The notes under the pieces were generated by a model. The model searched no databases, had not been told where the DNA came from, and saw nothing but the letters and a program-made list of their open reading frames with translations. 64,000 nucleotides of DNA from Thalassospira sp. UBA1131 (GTDB taxonomy: Bacteria > Pseudomonadota > Alphaproteobacteria > Rhodospirillales > Thalassospiraceae), in contig NZ_DCAO01000132.1 in NCBI RefSeq assembly GCF_002311515.1, forward strand, positions 21,032-85,031, given 5' to 3'. The position numbers were made by a program, and so were the translations under genes. Each line of letters opens with the position of its first letter. Positions within the stretch are counted from its first letter, which is position 1. Positions 46,362-56,843 of this stretch are shown here, in pieces.

Positions 46362-47129
46362 CTAAAGAACAGAAATCATGCCGCCATCGGCATAGATGAT
46401 CTGACCGTTCACATAGTTCGACGCATCCGAGCAGAGATAAATCGCCGTGCCGATAAGTTCTTCGGGCTTGCCCCAGCGGCGTGCCGGCGTGCGTCCTTTG
46501 ACCCATGCGTCGAATTCCGGGTTGGATGTGAGCGCCTCGTTCATGTCGGTCAGCATGTAGCCCGGCCCAATCGCATTCGCCTGAAGACCGTGTTCGGCCC
46601 ATTCGGCCGCCATCGCCTTGGTCAGCATTTTGATGCCACCCTTGGCAACGGTGTAGGGGGCGACGGTTGCGCGTGCCAGTTCGCTTGTGAGGGATCCGAT
46701 ATTAACGATTTTGCCGTAACCGCGTTTGACCATACGTTTGGCGGCTTCGCGGCCAATCATGAAGGCCGATGTCAGGTTGGTATCAATCACGCGCTGCCAG
46801 TCGGCAGTGTCCAGTTCCAGCATGGGTTTGCGGAACTGGATACCAGCGTTATTGATCAGGATGTCGACCTGCACACCTGCGGCGTCCAAGCGGTCAAAAG
46901 CAGCCTTGATTGCGGCTTCGTCGGTTACGTCAAACAGAGACGTATCGACATTCATGCCCTTTGCCGACATTTCTTTTTGTGCCTGTGAAAGTCGGTCTGC
47001 ATTGGTGCCATTAAGGATTACTGTGGCACCGGCTGCGGCCAAGCCTTCGGCAAAGGCGCGGCCAAGTCCACGTGAAGAGCCGGTTATGAGCGCCGTTTTT
47101 CCGGCGAGCGAGAAAAGTTCGAGAGACAT
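46362..47129 (-). CDS. idnO: gluconate 5-dehydrogenase (SDR)
   Basis: 'LFSLAGKTALITGSSRGLG', 'SELARATVAPYTVAKGG', 'RTPARRWG'. Confidence 0.85.
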   Translation of the reverse strand: MSLELFSLAGKTALITGSSRGLGRAFAEGLAAAGATVILNGTNADRLSQAQKEMSAKGMNVDTSLFDVTDEAAIKAAFDRLDAAGVQVDILINNAGIQFRKPMLELDTADWQRVIDTNLTSAFMIGREAAKRMVKRGYGKIVNIGSLTSELARATVAPYTVAKGGIKMLTKAMAAEWAEHGLQANAIGPGYMLTDMNEALTSNPEFDAWVKGRTPARRWGKPEELIGTAIYLCSDASNYVNGQIIYADGGMISVL

Positions 47130-47153
47130 GGTTCCTCCAACGGGCTTTTATTT

Positions 47154-48353
47154 TCAGGCTTTGCTTTCGCGAACGGTCAGGTCGCTGCGATCAAAGAAGG
47201 ATTTCAGCAGTTCGACACCAAGGCCGGGGCCTTCCATCGGATAGACGTAGCCGTTTTCGATTTTCGGAACGGCGGTCACCAGTTCGTTATACCAGCCCTT
47301 ATAGAAGGCGCGGACGCTTTCCTGAATAAGGGTGTTGGGCTGGCTAAACGACATGTGAATTGCGGCCGCAAAACCAACCGGACCGATGCAGTCATGCGGG
47401 GCAAACGGGCGGTGCCATGTTTCCGCAAGAGCGGCGATTTTTTTGCCTTCGGTAAGGCCGCCGGTCCAGCACAGGTCAACCATGACAACATGGGTTGCAT
47501 CACGATCAAGCATATCCTTATAGGGCCAGCGTGATCCCAGTGTTTCACTGGCACAGGTCCAGACATCGGTCGATGACGCGAATTCTGCCAAGGCCTGCGG
47601 GGAGTTCATCCGGATCGGGTCTTCGTACCAGGTCGGGCTGAACTGTTCGAGTTCGCGGGCAATTTTTTTGGCGGTCGGCAGGTTCCACTGAGAATGGAAC
47701 TCGACCATGATTTCCATCTTGTCGCCGACAGCCTTGCGGATTTCTTCGAAAGGATGGATCGCCTTTTTCATCTGTTCGGCGGTGATGTACTGCCCACGTG
47801 TTTCGGCAGCCATCGGGTCAAACGGCCAGATTTTCATTGCCGTGATGCCGGATTCCAGAAGGTTTTCGGCCAGTTGGGCCGGGCGGTTCATGAAACCGTC
47901 GAGATCCTCATAGGGGCCTTCCGGCTCGCCGAGGTTCCAGTTAGAGACAGGCTTGATGTTGTTGGTGCGGACATAGCGATATCCAGCACAGGTGTTGTAA
48001 ACCCGGATTTTATCCCAGCACAAACCACCCAGCATTTGGTGGACAGGCTGTTCGCATACTTTGCCAAAGATGTCCCAAAGCGCAATATCGATGGCAGAGG
48101 CGGCACGATATTCCGCCCCCGTCGATGATTGTGCCATCGGCAAATTGACCATTTCCTTGTGCAGGGCTTCGATATGAAGCGGGTTCTGCCCGATCAGGCG
48201 CCCGGCCAGCGTTTCGTGAATGTGGGCTTCGACCGCACCCGCACCATAGAAGGTTTCGCCAAGGCCAGTGATCCCGGCGTCTGTTTCGACATGGACCCAA
48301 AGTACATTGGCAAATTCGTCCACGCGGTAGGTTTTGATAGCTGTGATCTTCAT
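47154..48353 (-). CDS. mandelate racemase/enolase-superfamily sugar-acid dehydratase
   Basis: 'GLGETF', 'SAIDIALWDI', 'YNTCAG', 'WYEDP', 'APHDC'. Confidence 0.88.
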   Translation of the reverse strand: MKITAIKTYRVDEFANVLWVHVETDAGITGLGETFYGAGAVEAHIHETLAGRLIGQNPLHIEALHKEMVNLPMAQSSTGAEYRAASAIDIALWDIFGKVCEQPVHQMLGGLCWDKIRVYNTCAGYRYVRTNNIKPVSNWNLGEPEGPYEDLDGFMNRPAQLAENLLESGITAMKIWPFDPMAAETRGQYITAEQMKKAIHPFEEIRKAVGDKMEIMVEFHSQWNLPTAKKIARELEQFSPTWYEDPIRMNSPQALAEFASSTDVWTCASETLGSRWPYKDMLDRDATHVVMVDLCWTGGLTEGKKIAALAETWHRPFAPHDCIGPVGFAAAIHMSFSQPNTLIQESVRAFYKGWYNELVTAVPKIENGYVYPMEGPGLGVELLKSFFDRSDLTVRESKA

Positions 48354-48372
48354 TTTCTTATCCGAATTCAGA

Positions 48373-49677
48373 TTAATTGAGTATTTCCGGGAGCCATAGC
48401 GCGATGGACGGGAATGTCAGCATCAACGCCAGGAAGGCGATCTGAATGAGCATGAAAGGCCAAAGAGATGCGAAAATCGTCTGAAGGGTGATTTCCGGCG
48501 GAGCGACGCTTTTTAGATAGAAAGCGGCCGGGCCAAATGGCGGTGACAGGAAAGCCACCTGCATGGTCAGTGAGAACAGAACCCCGAACCATACCGGGTC
48601 ATAGCCGAGCTGGGTGACGATTGGCACAAAGATCGGAATGGTCAAAAGCAGGATGCCAATCCAGTCCATAAACAACCCGAGGACGATGAAGATCGCCATC
48701 ATCAGCATGATTGTAACAACAGGCGCAATATCCAGACCGGTGATCATGCCAGTGACAAAGCGCTGTCCACCTGACAGGTTGTAAATGGCAATCAGTGATG
48801 CCGCCCCAAACGTGACCCAAAGGATAATCCCGCAAGATTGCAGAGTACGTGTCAGGGCCTGCCAAAGCATTGTGATGTTCAGTTCAGAGCGCAGGGCAAT
48901 GATCAGAATGGACATGCCGACCGCAATGCCTGCGGCTTCGGTAATTGACGTTACCCCACCGTAAATGCAGCCGAATACGATACCGATCAGGACAAGTAAC
49001 GGCAGGATGCCGCGCAAAAAGTCCTGTTTTGTAAACGGTTCGGTTCTTTCCGGTGCTTTTGGGGTCAGCGCCGGGTTGAGTGTGCAGCGGATGTAGATAT
49101 AGGCAAAGTACGCAAAGGCAAGTGCGAAGCCCGGTACGAAGGATGCCAAGAAGAGTTTTTGAACCGAAACGTCAGCGGTCAGTCCATAAATAATCAGGAC
49201 AATTGACGGCGGAACCATGGTGCCCAGTGACCCGCCGGCGCAGATGATCCCGATAGAAAGTTTCCGATCATATTTCAGGCGCATCATCTGTGGCAGGGCA
49301 ATCAGACCCAGCAGAACGATTTCGCCGCCAATGATGCCGCTGATCGCGGCCATGAAAACGGAAATGATCAGGGTCACGGTCGCAACGCCGCCCTTTAAAT
49401 GCCCGAAAATCTTGAACAGGGCATCATAAAGATCCTGGGCGAGCCGGGACCGTTCAAGCAATGTTGCCATCAGTATGAAAAGCGGCACAGACAGCAGTGA
49501 GTATTCGGTCGCAAGTCCGTAAACTGTTTTATGTGCAAGTGCTATAACCGCCGGGCCAAATTTCAGATAGCTGACAAGAACGGCCAGTGAGCCCGCAGCA
49601 AAAGCCAGCGGAACACCCAGCGCCATTAGGGCAAAGACACCGCCGACGAGGATAATTGATATAAGTTCAATCGACAC
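48373..49677 (-). CDS. dctM: TRAP large permease
   Basis: 'SVPLF', 'GSLGTMVPPS', 'LSPPFG'; GTG start with GGAGG. Confidence 0.92.
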   Translation of the reverse strand: MSIELISIILVGGVFALMALGVPLAFAAGSLAVLVSYLKFGPAVIALAHKTVYGLATEYSLLSVPLFILMATLLERSRLAQDLYDALFKIFGHLKGGVATVTLIISVFMAAISGIIGGEIVLLGLIALPQMMRLKYDRKLSIGIICAGGSLGTMVPPSIVLIIYGLTADVSVQKLFLASFVPGFALAFAYFAYIYIRCTLNPALTPKAPERTEPFTKQDFLRGILPLLVLIGIVFGCIYGGVTSITEAAGIAVGMSILIIALRSELNITMLWQALTRTLQSCGIILWVTFGAASLIAIYNLSGGQRFVTGMITGLDIAPVVTIMLMMAIFIVLGLFMDWIGILLLTIPIFVPIVTQLGYDPVWFGVLFSLTMQVAFLSPPFGPAAFYLKSVAPPEITLQTIFASLWPFMLIQIAFLALMLTFPSIALWLPEILN

Positions 49678-50194
49678 GGTTGTCCTCCGTGACTGATTCT
49701 GCGGTGTCGGCTGGAGTGCCAAGGAATCTTTTGACGCAGTTGATGACCGCGTAAAGCGCCATCAATCCGGTTGTCAGAACAATAAGGGGCTTCACCGTTG
49801 CCGGGATCGGCGGGTTCCATGCGGTACCAAACGGTTCCCAATTCATCAGAGATTGCCACGAACTGGGCGCACCGAACCACGCAATGCCAAGGCAAAATGT
49901 CAGGCAGCAAGCCAGCGTGATGAGATCGAATATGCGCTGAAGCCATGCGGGGCACGCGTCATAAAGGACTGTAATTCTGAGATGCTGGTCTCTTTGCATG
50001 GCATAGAGACCAGCGGCCAGAAACAGGATTGCCGATAGCCACAAAGCCAGTTCATTGGCCCAGATTGTCGGAGTTTTGAAAATGTAGCGTGCGATGACTT
50101 CGTAAAAAGTCACCCCGACAATAATCAATAGAAGTAGGGAAAATAGTGCGACGATGAATTGAAAGCTGCGCACGCGTTTCGGGGTTGCCTGCAT
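49667..50194 (-). CDS. dctQ: TRAP small permease
   Basis: 'EVIARYIFKTPTIWANE', 'HLRI'. Confidence 0.9.
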   Translation of the reverse strand: MQATPKRVRSFQFIVALFSLLLLIIVGVTFYEVIARYIFKTPTIWANELALWLSAILFLAAGLYAMQRDQHLRITVLYDACPAWLQRIFDLITLACCLTFCLGIAWFGAPSSWQSLMNWEPFGTAWNPPIPATVKPLIVLTTGLMALYAVINCVKRFLGTPADTAESVTEDNRVD

Positions 50195-50213
50195 CGCGGA
50201 CCTCCAGAAAAGC

Positions 50214-50235
50214 CCTCGGGGGATATCCCCCGAGG
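50214..50235 (-). terminator. stem-loop between dctP and dctQ
   Basis: CCTCGGGGG-ATAT-CCCCCGAGG followed by GCTTTT on the minus strand. Confidence 0.6.
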
Positions 50236-50257
50236 ATCAAAATGATGGACTTGCTGG

Positions 50258-51283
50258 TTAGTCGAGGATGCCGTTTTTCTTCATATACGCGATATGTGCG
50301 TCATAAGCCGCTTTGGCTTCTGGGCTGCGCGTTGCCCAGTCGGCCCAAACCTCCTGGGCTGCTTTGCGGAATGCCTGGCGGTCTGCGTCGCTCCAATCTT
50401 CCAGGGTGATGCCAGCCTCGGTCAGCTCTTTGGCAGCTTCTTTGTCAAGCTTGGTTGATTCGGCAATGACTTCCGGGGCAATGGTTGCAATCGCGTTTTC
50501 CATGGCCGTTTGCTGTGACTCGTTCAACGCGTTCCATTTTTCCAGGTTAATGGCGATATGTTCGATCGGCATGGAATGGAAGCCAGGATAGGTCGCATAT
50601 TTTGCGATATCATACAGGCCAAGTTTCTTGTTCACAGCAAGCGTGGATGCATCTGCGCCGGAAACAGTGCCCGTCGACATGGCGGTAAATACCTCGCCAA
50701 ACGGCATGACAACCGGGCCTGCACCAAGTTTCTGGAAAATTTCAGACTCCATGCCAGGGGGCGAACGGAATTTCCAACCCTTGAGGTCTTCAATACCCGC
50801 CAGCGGCGTGGTTGAGCTCAGCGATTCCGGGGTTGCGATGAACACCCCGACAAGATGCATGTTGAATTTGTGATAAAGCTCGTTGGCAAGATCAAGGCCG
50901 CCATCCTCGTACCAGCCAAGAAGCTGCTCCGGGGTGCTATATCCGCCCATGATGTCGCCATAGAACTGGAAGGCCGGGTTCTTGCCCGTGATATAGCCAG
51001 CACCCGTTGCGTCACCATCGATGATACCCATGCTGGATGCTTCGAAGGCCTCGTTCGAGTTGACGACCGACGAGCTGGTGTGCATTTCGACCTGCACCGT
51101 GCCATCGGAATATTCTTTTACAAGGTCAGCAAATCGCAGCAAAGCTTTGCCCTGCAGCGAGGAGGCGTTGTGGTGTGTCTGGAATTGCAGCGGGGTCGGG
51201 TCGGACGCGAGTGCCTGTGATGCCGTGAAAGCCAGAAAGCCGGTGGTGGCCAAGGCGGTCAGTGTTTTTGTTAGTTTTTTCAT
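50258..51283 (-). CDS. dctP: TRAP substrate-binding protein
   Basis: Signal peptide MKKLTK; 'DLKGWKFRSP'; GGAGG RBS. Confidence 0.92.
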   Translation of the reverse strand: MKKLTKTLTALATTGFLAFTASQALASDPTPLQFQTHHNASSLQGKALLRFADLVKEYSDGTVQVEMHTSSSVVNSNEAFEASSMGIIDGDATGAGYITGKNPAFQFYGDIMGGYSTPEQLLGWYEDGGLDLANELYHKFNMHLVGVFIATPESLSSTTPLAGIEDLKGWKFRSPPGMESEIFQKLGAGPVVMPFGEVFTAMSTGTVSGADASTLAVNKKLGLYDIAKYATYPGFHSMPIEHIAINLEKWNALNESQQTAMENAIATIAPEVIAESTKLDKEAAKELTEAGITLEDWSDADRQAFRKAAQEVWADWATRSPEAKAAYDAHIAYMKKNGILD

Positions 51284-51454
51284 GTCGTTGGTTCCTCCCT
51301 TATGTGACATGTCGTGATATTTCACGAAACATCAGTAACATGCAATGCGCGATAACTTCAATAGTTTTGCTTTCTCGTGTGTGGGAAAATGTGTATATGA
51401 TATTGAATAAAAACAAATATATTGTGACTTTTTATAAAATTACAGAGACAAAGA

Positions 51455-52216
51455 ATGGCATCAAAACAAAAACATAAGGTCATTTCGGGTATTCCTTCCG
51501 AACCGGGTAAAGCAGGCTCCGGCAGTGGAAGAAACCTGAACGAGGTAGCCTATAACAAGCTTGAAGAGCTTATTGTTACGTGTGAGTTGAAGCCTGGCAG
51601 TTATCTGCGAATACAGGATTTGCAAACTGCAACCGGCATCAGTCGCACGCCAGTCCATCAGGCGGTAACACGCTTGGCCGCGGATACGCTGATGATCATT
51701 CAGCCGCGTCAAGGTATTCAGATTGCGCCGATTGATCTTACGCGTACACATTTGCTGCTGCGGCTGCGCCGCGATATGGAAAGGTTTGTTGTGTCCCTGG
51801 CGAGCGCGCGTGCCAGTACATCGCACAGAAGTCAGATGCGCCATCTAATCGGTCTTTTGTCAAAGCATCGAGACGAGATGACGATTGTCGAGTTCAACGA
51901 ATTTGATCGCCGGATTGATCAAATGATGCTGGCAGCCTGCGGCGAGCCGTTTCTTGAATATACGCTGCGCCCTTTGCACACGATTTTCCGCCGTCTGGGA
52001 TGGATTTATCATACACAGACGGATGATGGGGTGTCCCTTGACGTGACCATCGACAGCCATCTGGATGTGCTGAATGCGGTTGTGGAGGGGAAAAAGGACG
52101 AGGCATTGGTTGCGTCGGACAAGCTGATTGATTTTGTGGATGCGATGTTTCCGGTGCTTGAAAGCAGTATCGCACCGAGCATTTTTGACGTGACTCAGGA
52201 CTTCGATCCATTTTGA
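51455..52216 (+). CDS. GntR/FCD-family regulator
   Basis: 'AYNKLEELIVTCELKPG...GISRTPVHQA...PRQG'. Confidence 0.9.
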   Translation: MASKQKHKVISGIPSEPGKAGSGSGRNLNEVAYNKLEELIVTCELKPGSYLRIQDLQTATGISRTPVHQAVTRLAADTLMIIQPRQGIQIAPIDLTRTHLLLRLRRDMERFVVSLASARASTSHRSQMRHLIGLLSKHRDEMTIVEFNEFDRRIDQMMLAACGEPFLEYTLRPLHTIFRRLGWIYHTQTDDGVSLDVTIDSHLDVLNAVVEGKKDEALVASDKLIDFVDAMFPVLESSIAPSIFDVTQDFDPF

Positions 52217-52324
52217 TTTAGAGGTTTGACCTCCGTTGTGATTTTACAGTTTTTCTATTGAAATTTTGTAAAATATCAGAAAATATCAAAGTGCAAAAAT
52301 AATAACCACATGTGGGAGGATTTC

Positions 52325-53296
52325 GTGAAGGTCGTGTTCCATGGGGCGAATGCCTCGACTTTTCATCCCGGTTTTGCCGAATTACTTGATGAGGCCCATG
52401 AGCTTGTTCTGCTGCCCGATCATCTGGGCAGTGATGCTGATTGGCAAGACTATGCCAGTGCAGATGTCATCATTGGTATCAAGTTCGACGAGACTTTTCC
52501 GACGCCACGCAGCCTGAAACTGTACCAAGTGCCGGGGGCTGGTTACGATGGCATCCGTGTTCCGGAGCTGCCGGTTGAAGCCGATCTTTGCAATTGCTTT
52601 GGGCATGAAATTGCGATTGCGGAATACGCCATGTGTGCGCTGCTGTCACGTCATGTCCCGCTTGCCGATGCCGACGCGCGTTTGCGCAAAGGGGACTGGA
52701 AGTATTGGGCCGGTGGGCCATCTGGCATGAGAACCGAGCTTGGGAGTACCACAATCGGTATTCTTGGGTACGGGCACATCGGCAAAGCGATCGCCCAACG
52801 CGCCAAAGCCTTTGGTATGGGGGTTCAAGTCGCCAACCGTTCCATGCCGGAAGACCAAGGCCAGGTTGATGCTTTCTATGAAATTGACAATTTCAAGGAA
52901 ATGCTGGCGAACGTGGATGTTGTCGTGAATACACTGCCGCTGGCGGAAAACACAACTGGCCTTGTTGATGGCAAGGCGTTTGCCAGCATGAAGCCGAATG
53001 CGGTTCTCATGAATGTCGGCCGTGGTGGCGTGGTTGAAGAAGAGGCCCTTTTTAAGGCGCTTAAAGACGGCCTGATCGAACATGCATTCATTGATACATG
53101 GTACCAATATCCAACGGCACCTGATGTGGAGACATTCCCCTCGCGCTTACCATTCCACGAGCTCAGCAATGTCACTATGACGCCCCACATGTCTGGCTGG
53201 ACGCATGGAACGATTGAGCGGCGCAAACAAACAATGGCTGAAAACATCAATCTGATTGGTCATGGGAAAGAACCAAACAATCGCATAAAGCGATAG
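52325..53296 (+). CDS. D-isomer-specific 2-hydroxyacid dehydrogenase
   Basis: GYGHIG, 'NVGRG', 'TPHMSG'; GTG start with GGAGG. Confidence 0.9.
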   Translation: MKVVFHGANASTFHPGFAELLDEAHELVLLPDHLGSDADWQDYASADVIIGIKFDETFPTPRSLKLYQVPGAGYDGIRVPELPVEADLCNCFGHEIAIAEYAMCALLSRHVPLADADARLRKGDWKYWAGGPSGMRTELGSTTIGILGYGHIGKAIAQRAKAFGMGVQVANRSMPEDQGQVDAFYEIDNFKEMLANVDVVVNTLPLAENTTGLVDGKAFASMKPNAVLMNVGRGGVVEEEALFKALKDGLIEHAFIDTWYQYPTAPDVETFPSRLPFHELSNVTMTPHMSGWTHGTIERRKQTMAENINLIGHGKEPNNRIKR

Positions 53297-53551
53297 GTCT
53301 CCTGTGACTTCGTCTCCCACCGACCAGATTACTCCCTTGAGTTGTCTGGTTATCCCCCCGGGGCAGAAGCCGCCCTTTTGCTCCGGGGGACTTTGCATCC
53401 TTTTCTGGTAGATATGAGCAGCGTTGTCCTGTTAAGCATTACTTCCTTGTGCGGCACCTTGTTCGGAATTGCGAAAGCGTATCTGATCGTGGCGCGATCG
53501 TCGCTATATGCTGGCAACAATTGCCAACAGATGCATCGACCGTGACGGTGA

Positions 53552-55003
53552 CTACTGGCAACTCCGAATGGCCGGATAGCTCACGCGGAACTTGTCATAG
53601 GCATCATCGAAAGCCTGGCGGAGGGCCTGATCGGGTTCGATCGTTTCACGTACTTCTGGAATAGTCATGATGCTGTCTGGTGCCGCGCCCGTAGCAGCAG
53701 TCATGCCAAGGCGAGCAGCCCCAAGTGCTGCGCCAAACTCACCGCTTATGGGAAGCGAAAGTGGTACGCCAAGGATGGTTGCAATCAGCTCAATCCAGTA
53801 GCGGGATGCCGAACCGCCGCCAATAGCAATCAGTTGATCGAATTTGGCATTGGTGGCGACAAGCGCCTCGAAACTGTCACGCAGGCCAAAGGCAACGCCT
53901 TCGAGGACTGCACGTGTCAGGTCTGAACGGCCGGTTTCTGTACTAAGGCCGGTAAAGCTGCCGCGGATTTCAGCATCATTGTGCGGGGTGCGTTCACCCG
54001 ATAGATAAGGCAGATAACGCACCGAACCCGGTTTTTGGAGGTTTTGACCCAGCTCAGTGGTCAATTCAATCGGGTTTTGACCCGTGATGCGGGCAAGCCA
54101 GTTAAGGCTATCTGTCGCGGAAAGCATGACCCCCATCTGATACCAGCGCCCCGGAATGGTATGGCAGAATGTATGCAACGCCGTTTCGGGTGCCGGGTGA
54201 TAACCAGCCCGGGATGCAAGTAACACACCCGAAGTGCCAAGAGAGACAAAGCCTTGTCCTTCATCCTGTGCGCCGATACCGCAGGCAGCAGCAGCATTGT
54301 CACCAGCCCCACCTGCAATTGATACCGGTCCAGTCAGCCCCCAGGCATCAAGAAGGGCGGGGCGTAAGCGACCGGCTTCTTCTGTGCCCTCGACAAGGCG
54401 TGGCATCTGGTCACGGCGCATGTTCCCGGCATCAAGCAGGGTATCGGACCAGGTCCGCCTGCCGACATCAAGCCATGATGTGCCGGCACTATCAGACATG
54501 TCCGCGACATAGTCGCCGGTCAGATAGAAATTGAGGTAAGCCGCAGGCAGCAGGACCTTGGCGGTTTTGGCATATATTTCCGGTTCATGTTCGTGCACCC
54601 ATTCGAGTTTGGGGGCGGTGAAGCCCGGGAAGACGATGTTGCCGGAAATGGCACGTACCTGATCCTTGGCATCCAGACGGGCGGCCTCGGTGTGGGACCG
54701 CGTATCGTTCCACAGGATGCATGGGCGAAGTGGGCGACCAGCGTCATTCAAAAGCGTTGCACCATGCATATGTCCTGCAACGCCGATGCCGCGCAGGGCC
54801 GAAAATTGTGGGTAGTTGTCGCGAAGCTCTGCGATGGCTTCTTCCAGGGCGGCAATCCAGTCTGCCGGGTTCTGTTCCGACCAACCTGGATGCGGATGTG
54901 CCGCGTGATAGGCGCGTTCCGCAGCTCCGATCGGTTGGCTGTCTTCATCGACCAGCAGCAAACGGACGCCAGAGGTTCCAAGGTCAACACCAAGAAAAGT
55001 CAT
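53552..55003 (-). CDS. xylB: xylulokinase
   Basis: 'GVDLGTSG', 'GHMHG', 'GAGDNAA', 'PYLSGERTPHND'. Confidence 0.93.
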   Translation of the reverse strand: MTFLGVDLGTSGVRLLLVDEDSQPIGAAERAYHAAHPHPGWSEQNPADWIAALEEAIAELRDNYPQFSALRGIGVAGHMHGATLLNDAGRPLRPCILWNDTRSHTEAARLDAKDQVRAISGNIVFPGFTAPKLEWVHEHEPEIYAKTAKVLLPAAYLNFYLTGDYVADMSDSAGTSWLDVGRRTWSDTLLDAGNMRRDQMPRLVEGTEEAGRLRPALLDAWGLTGPVSIAGGAGDNAAAACGIGAQDEGQGFVSLGTSGVLLASRAGYHPAPETALHTFCHTIPGRWYQMGVMLSATDSLNWLARITGQNPIELTTELGQNLQKPGSVRYLPYLSGERTPHNDAEIRGSFTGLSTETGRSDLTRAVLEGVAFGLRDSFEALVATNAKFDQLIAIGGGSASRYWIELIATILGVPLSLPISGEFGAALGAARLGMTAATGAAPDSIMTIPEVRETIEPDQALRQAFDDAYDKFRVSYPAIRSCQ

Positions 55004-55070
55004 TCCATAGCCTTTATCGCTGAAATCGAAGCCGGTAACACGGTGTTAGTGGTGACGTCATAGCATTAGT

Positions 55071-55763
55071 TTACTTAAGGCTGCGTAGAATTTCGTCGCC
55101 AATTTCCTGAAGGCTTTCAAAGATCTCCAAAGCCCCGGCATCACGAAGCACCTGACTTTGATCTGCGCGAATGTCATGCAAATGTGCGCCGCCGATAAAG
55201 CCCAATGCAGTCATCCCAGCCGCCCGCGCCCCTTTTACCCCGTGTGGGGAATCTTCAATCACCACACAGTTTTCGGGCAGGACAGAGATACCTTCGGCAG
55301 CCAGCAGGAACAGGTCAGGGGCGGGCTTGCCATTGGTGACCTGATCGGCGCTGAACGCCGTGCCGGCGAAATGCACCGCAAGGCCCGAGATATCAAGCGT
55401 TGCCCCCATCCGCCGCAGCGAGCTTCCCGTCGCCAGGGCGGTTTTCACCCCGGCATCGGTTAGGTGCCGCAACAGGTTTTCGGCATCGGGAATTTGGCGT
55501 AGTCGGGTTTTGTATTCCTCCAAGAGCCGGTCTTCGACCCGTTCGGTGAAATCAGCCGGACAGGCTTTGCCAAGCCGGTCCGAGACATGCTTGCAAATGT
55601 CTTGGATCGAGACGCCAAGAAACCTGTCGCGCACGTAATGGATGCTGGCGTCATCAATACCAAGATTGTTCATTTCGGTTGCAATAACTTCGAGTGACAA
55701 TGGTTCACTGTCGACCAGACAACCATCAAGGTCAAAAATAACCGCGCTAGGTACGTCCATCAT
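55071..55763 (-). CDS. HAD-family phosphatase
   Basis: 'FDLDGCLVDSE', 'KPAPD', 'EDS'. Confidence 0.9.
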   Translation of the reverse strand: MMDVPSAVIFDLDGCLVDSEPLSLEVIATEMNNLGIDDASIHYVRDRFLGVSIQDICKHVSDRLGKACPADFTERVEDRLLEEYKTRLRQIPDAENLLRHLTDAGVKTALATGSSLRRMGATLDISGLAVHFAGTAFSADQVTNGKPAPDLFLLAAEGISVLPENCVVIEDSPHGVKGARAAGMTALGFIGGAHLHDIRADQSQVLRDAGALEIFESLQEIGDEILRSLK

Positions 55764-55770
55764 CAGCCTT

Positions 55771-56832
55771 CTAGATCCTTTGTTCGGTGTCACGATCGAA
55801 CAAATGCACATTGGCAGGATCAATCACATAATAAAGCTCGGATCCCGGACGCGCCGCGATACGCTGTTTGACGAGGGCGTCAATCAGATCGCCGTTGGAT
55901 TTGGCAACAATCTGGGTTTCAGAACCGGTCGGTTCGACGACGACGACCTTCATCGCAATGCCGGTCTCCCCGATATCGATATGTTCCGGGCGAATGCCAT
56001 AGGTCACACCCTGGCCAACTTCGGCGGTGGTTTCAGGGATCGGCAGGATCAGGCCGTTATCAGATTCAAAATGCTTCTTACCGTCAGCCTCACCGATCTT
56101 GCCATGGACAAAATTCATCGATGGCGATCCGATGAAACCGGCGACGAAAACGTTGGTTGGGAAGTCATAGAGATCAAGCGGGGTGCCGATCTGTTCAACC
56201 CGACCATCACGCATGACAACGATCTTGTCGGCCATGGTCATGGCTTCGATCTGATCGTGGGTGACATAGACGATGGTTGTGCCAAGACGCTGATGGAGTT
56301 CCTTGATCTCCACACGCATTGTCACGCGCAGCTTGGCATCAAGGTTTGAAAGTGGCTCATCAAACAGGAAAACCTGCGGATCACGGACAATGGCGCGACC
56401 CATGGCGACACGCTGGCGCTGACCACCGGAAAGCTGTTTGGGGTAGCGGTCCAGAAGGTGGGCAAGGTCAAGGATCTCAGCCGCGTTGGTGACCTTTTCC
56501 TTTATTTCGCTTTCGGGATGCTTGGCCATCTTGAGTGGAAAGCCGATATTTTCATACACCGTTTTATGCGGATAAAGCGCGTAGCTCTGGAACACCATTG
56601 CGATGTCGCGATCCTTGGGGATGACGTCATTTACAACGCGCCCCCCGATGGAAATTGTGCCATCCGTTATTTCCTCGAGCCCGGCCAGCATCCGAAGCAG
56701 GGTTGATTTGCCACAGCCCGATGGCCCGACCAGAACAACGAATTCGCCGTCCTTGATATCGACATCCACACCATGCATGACCTGAACATTGGCGTAGCGT
56801 TTGATTACGTTTTCTATTTTTACATCGGCCAT
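55771..56832 (-). CDS. carbohydrate ABC ATPase (MalK-like)
   Basis: [29 protein letters not shown]-like tail. Confidence 0.95.
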   Translation of the reverse strand: MADVKIENVIKRYANVQVMHGVDVDIKDGEFVVLVGPSGCGKSTLLRMLAGLEEITDGTISIGGRVVNDVIPKDRDIAMVFQSYALYPHKTVYENIGFPLKMAKHPESEIKEKVTNAAEILDLAHLLDRYPKQLSGGQRQRVAMGRAIVRDPQVFLFDEPLSNLDAKLRVTMRVEIKELHQRLGTTIVYVTHDQIEAMTMADKIVVMRDGRVEQIGTPLDLYDFPTNVFVAGFIGSPSMNFVHGKIGEADGKKHFESDNGLILPIPETTAEVGQGVTYGIRPEHIDIGETGIAMKVVVVEPTGSETQIVAKSNGDLIDALVKQRIAARPGSELYYVIDPANVHLFDRDTEQRI

Positions 56833-56843
56833 AAGGCTTCTCC

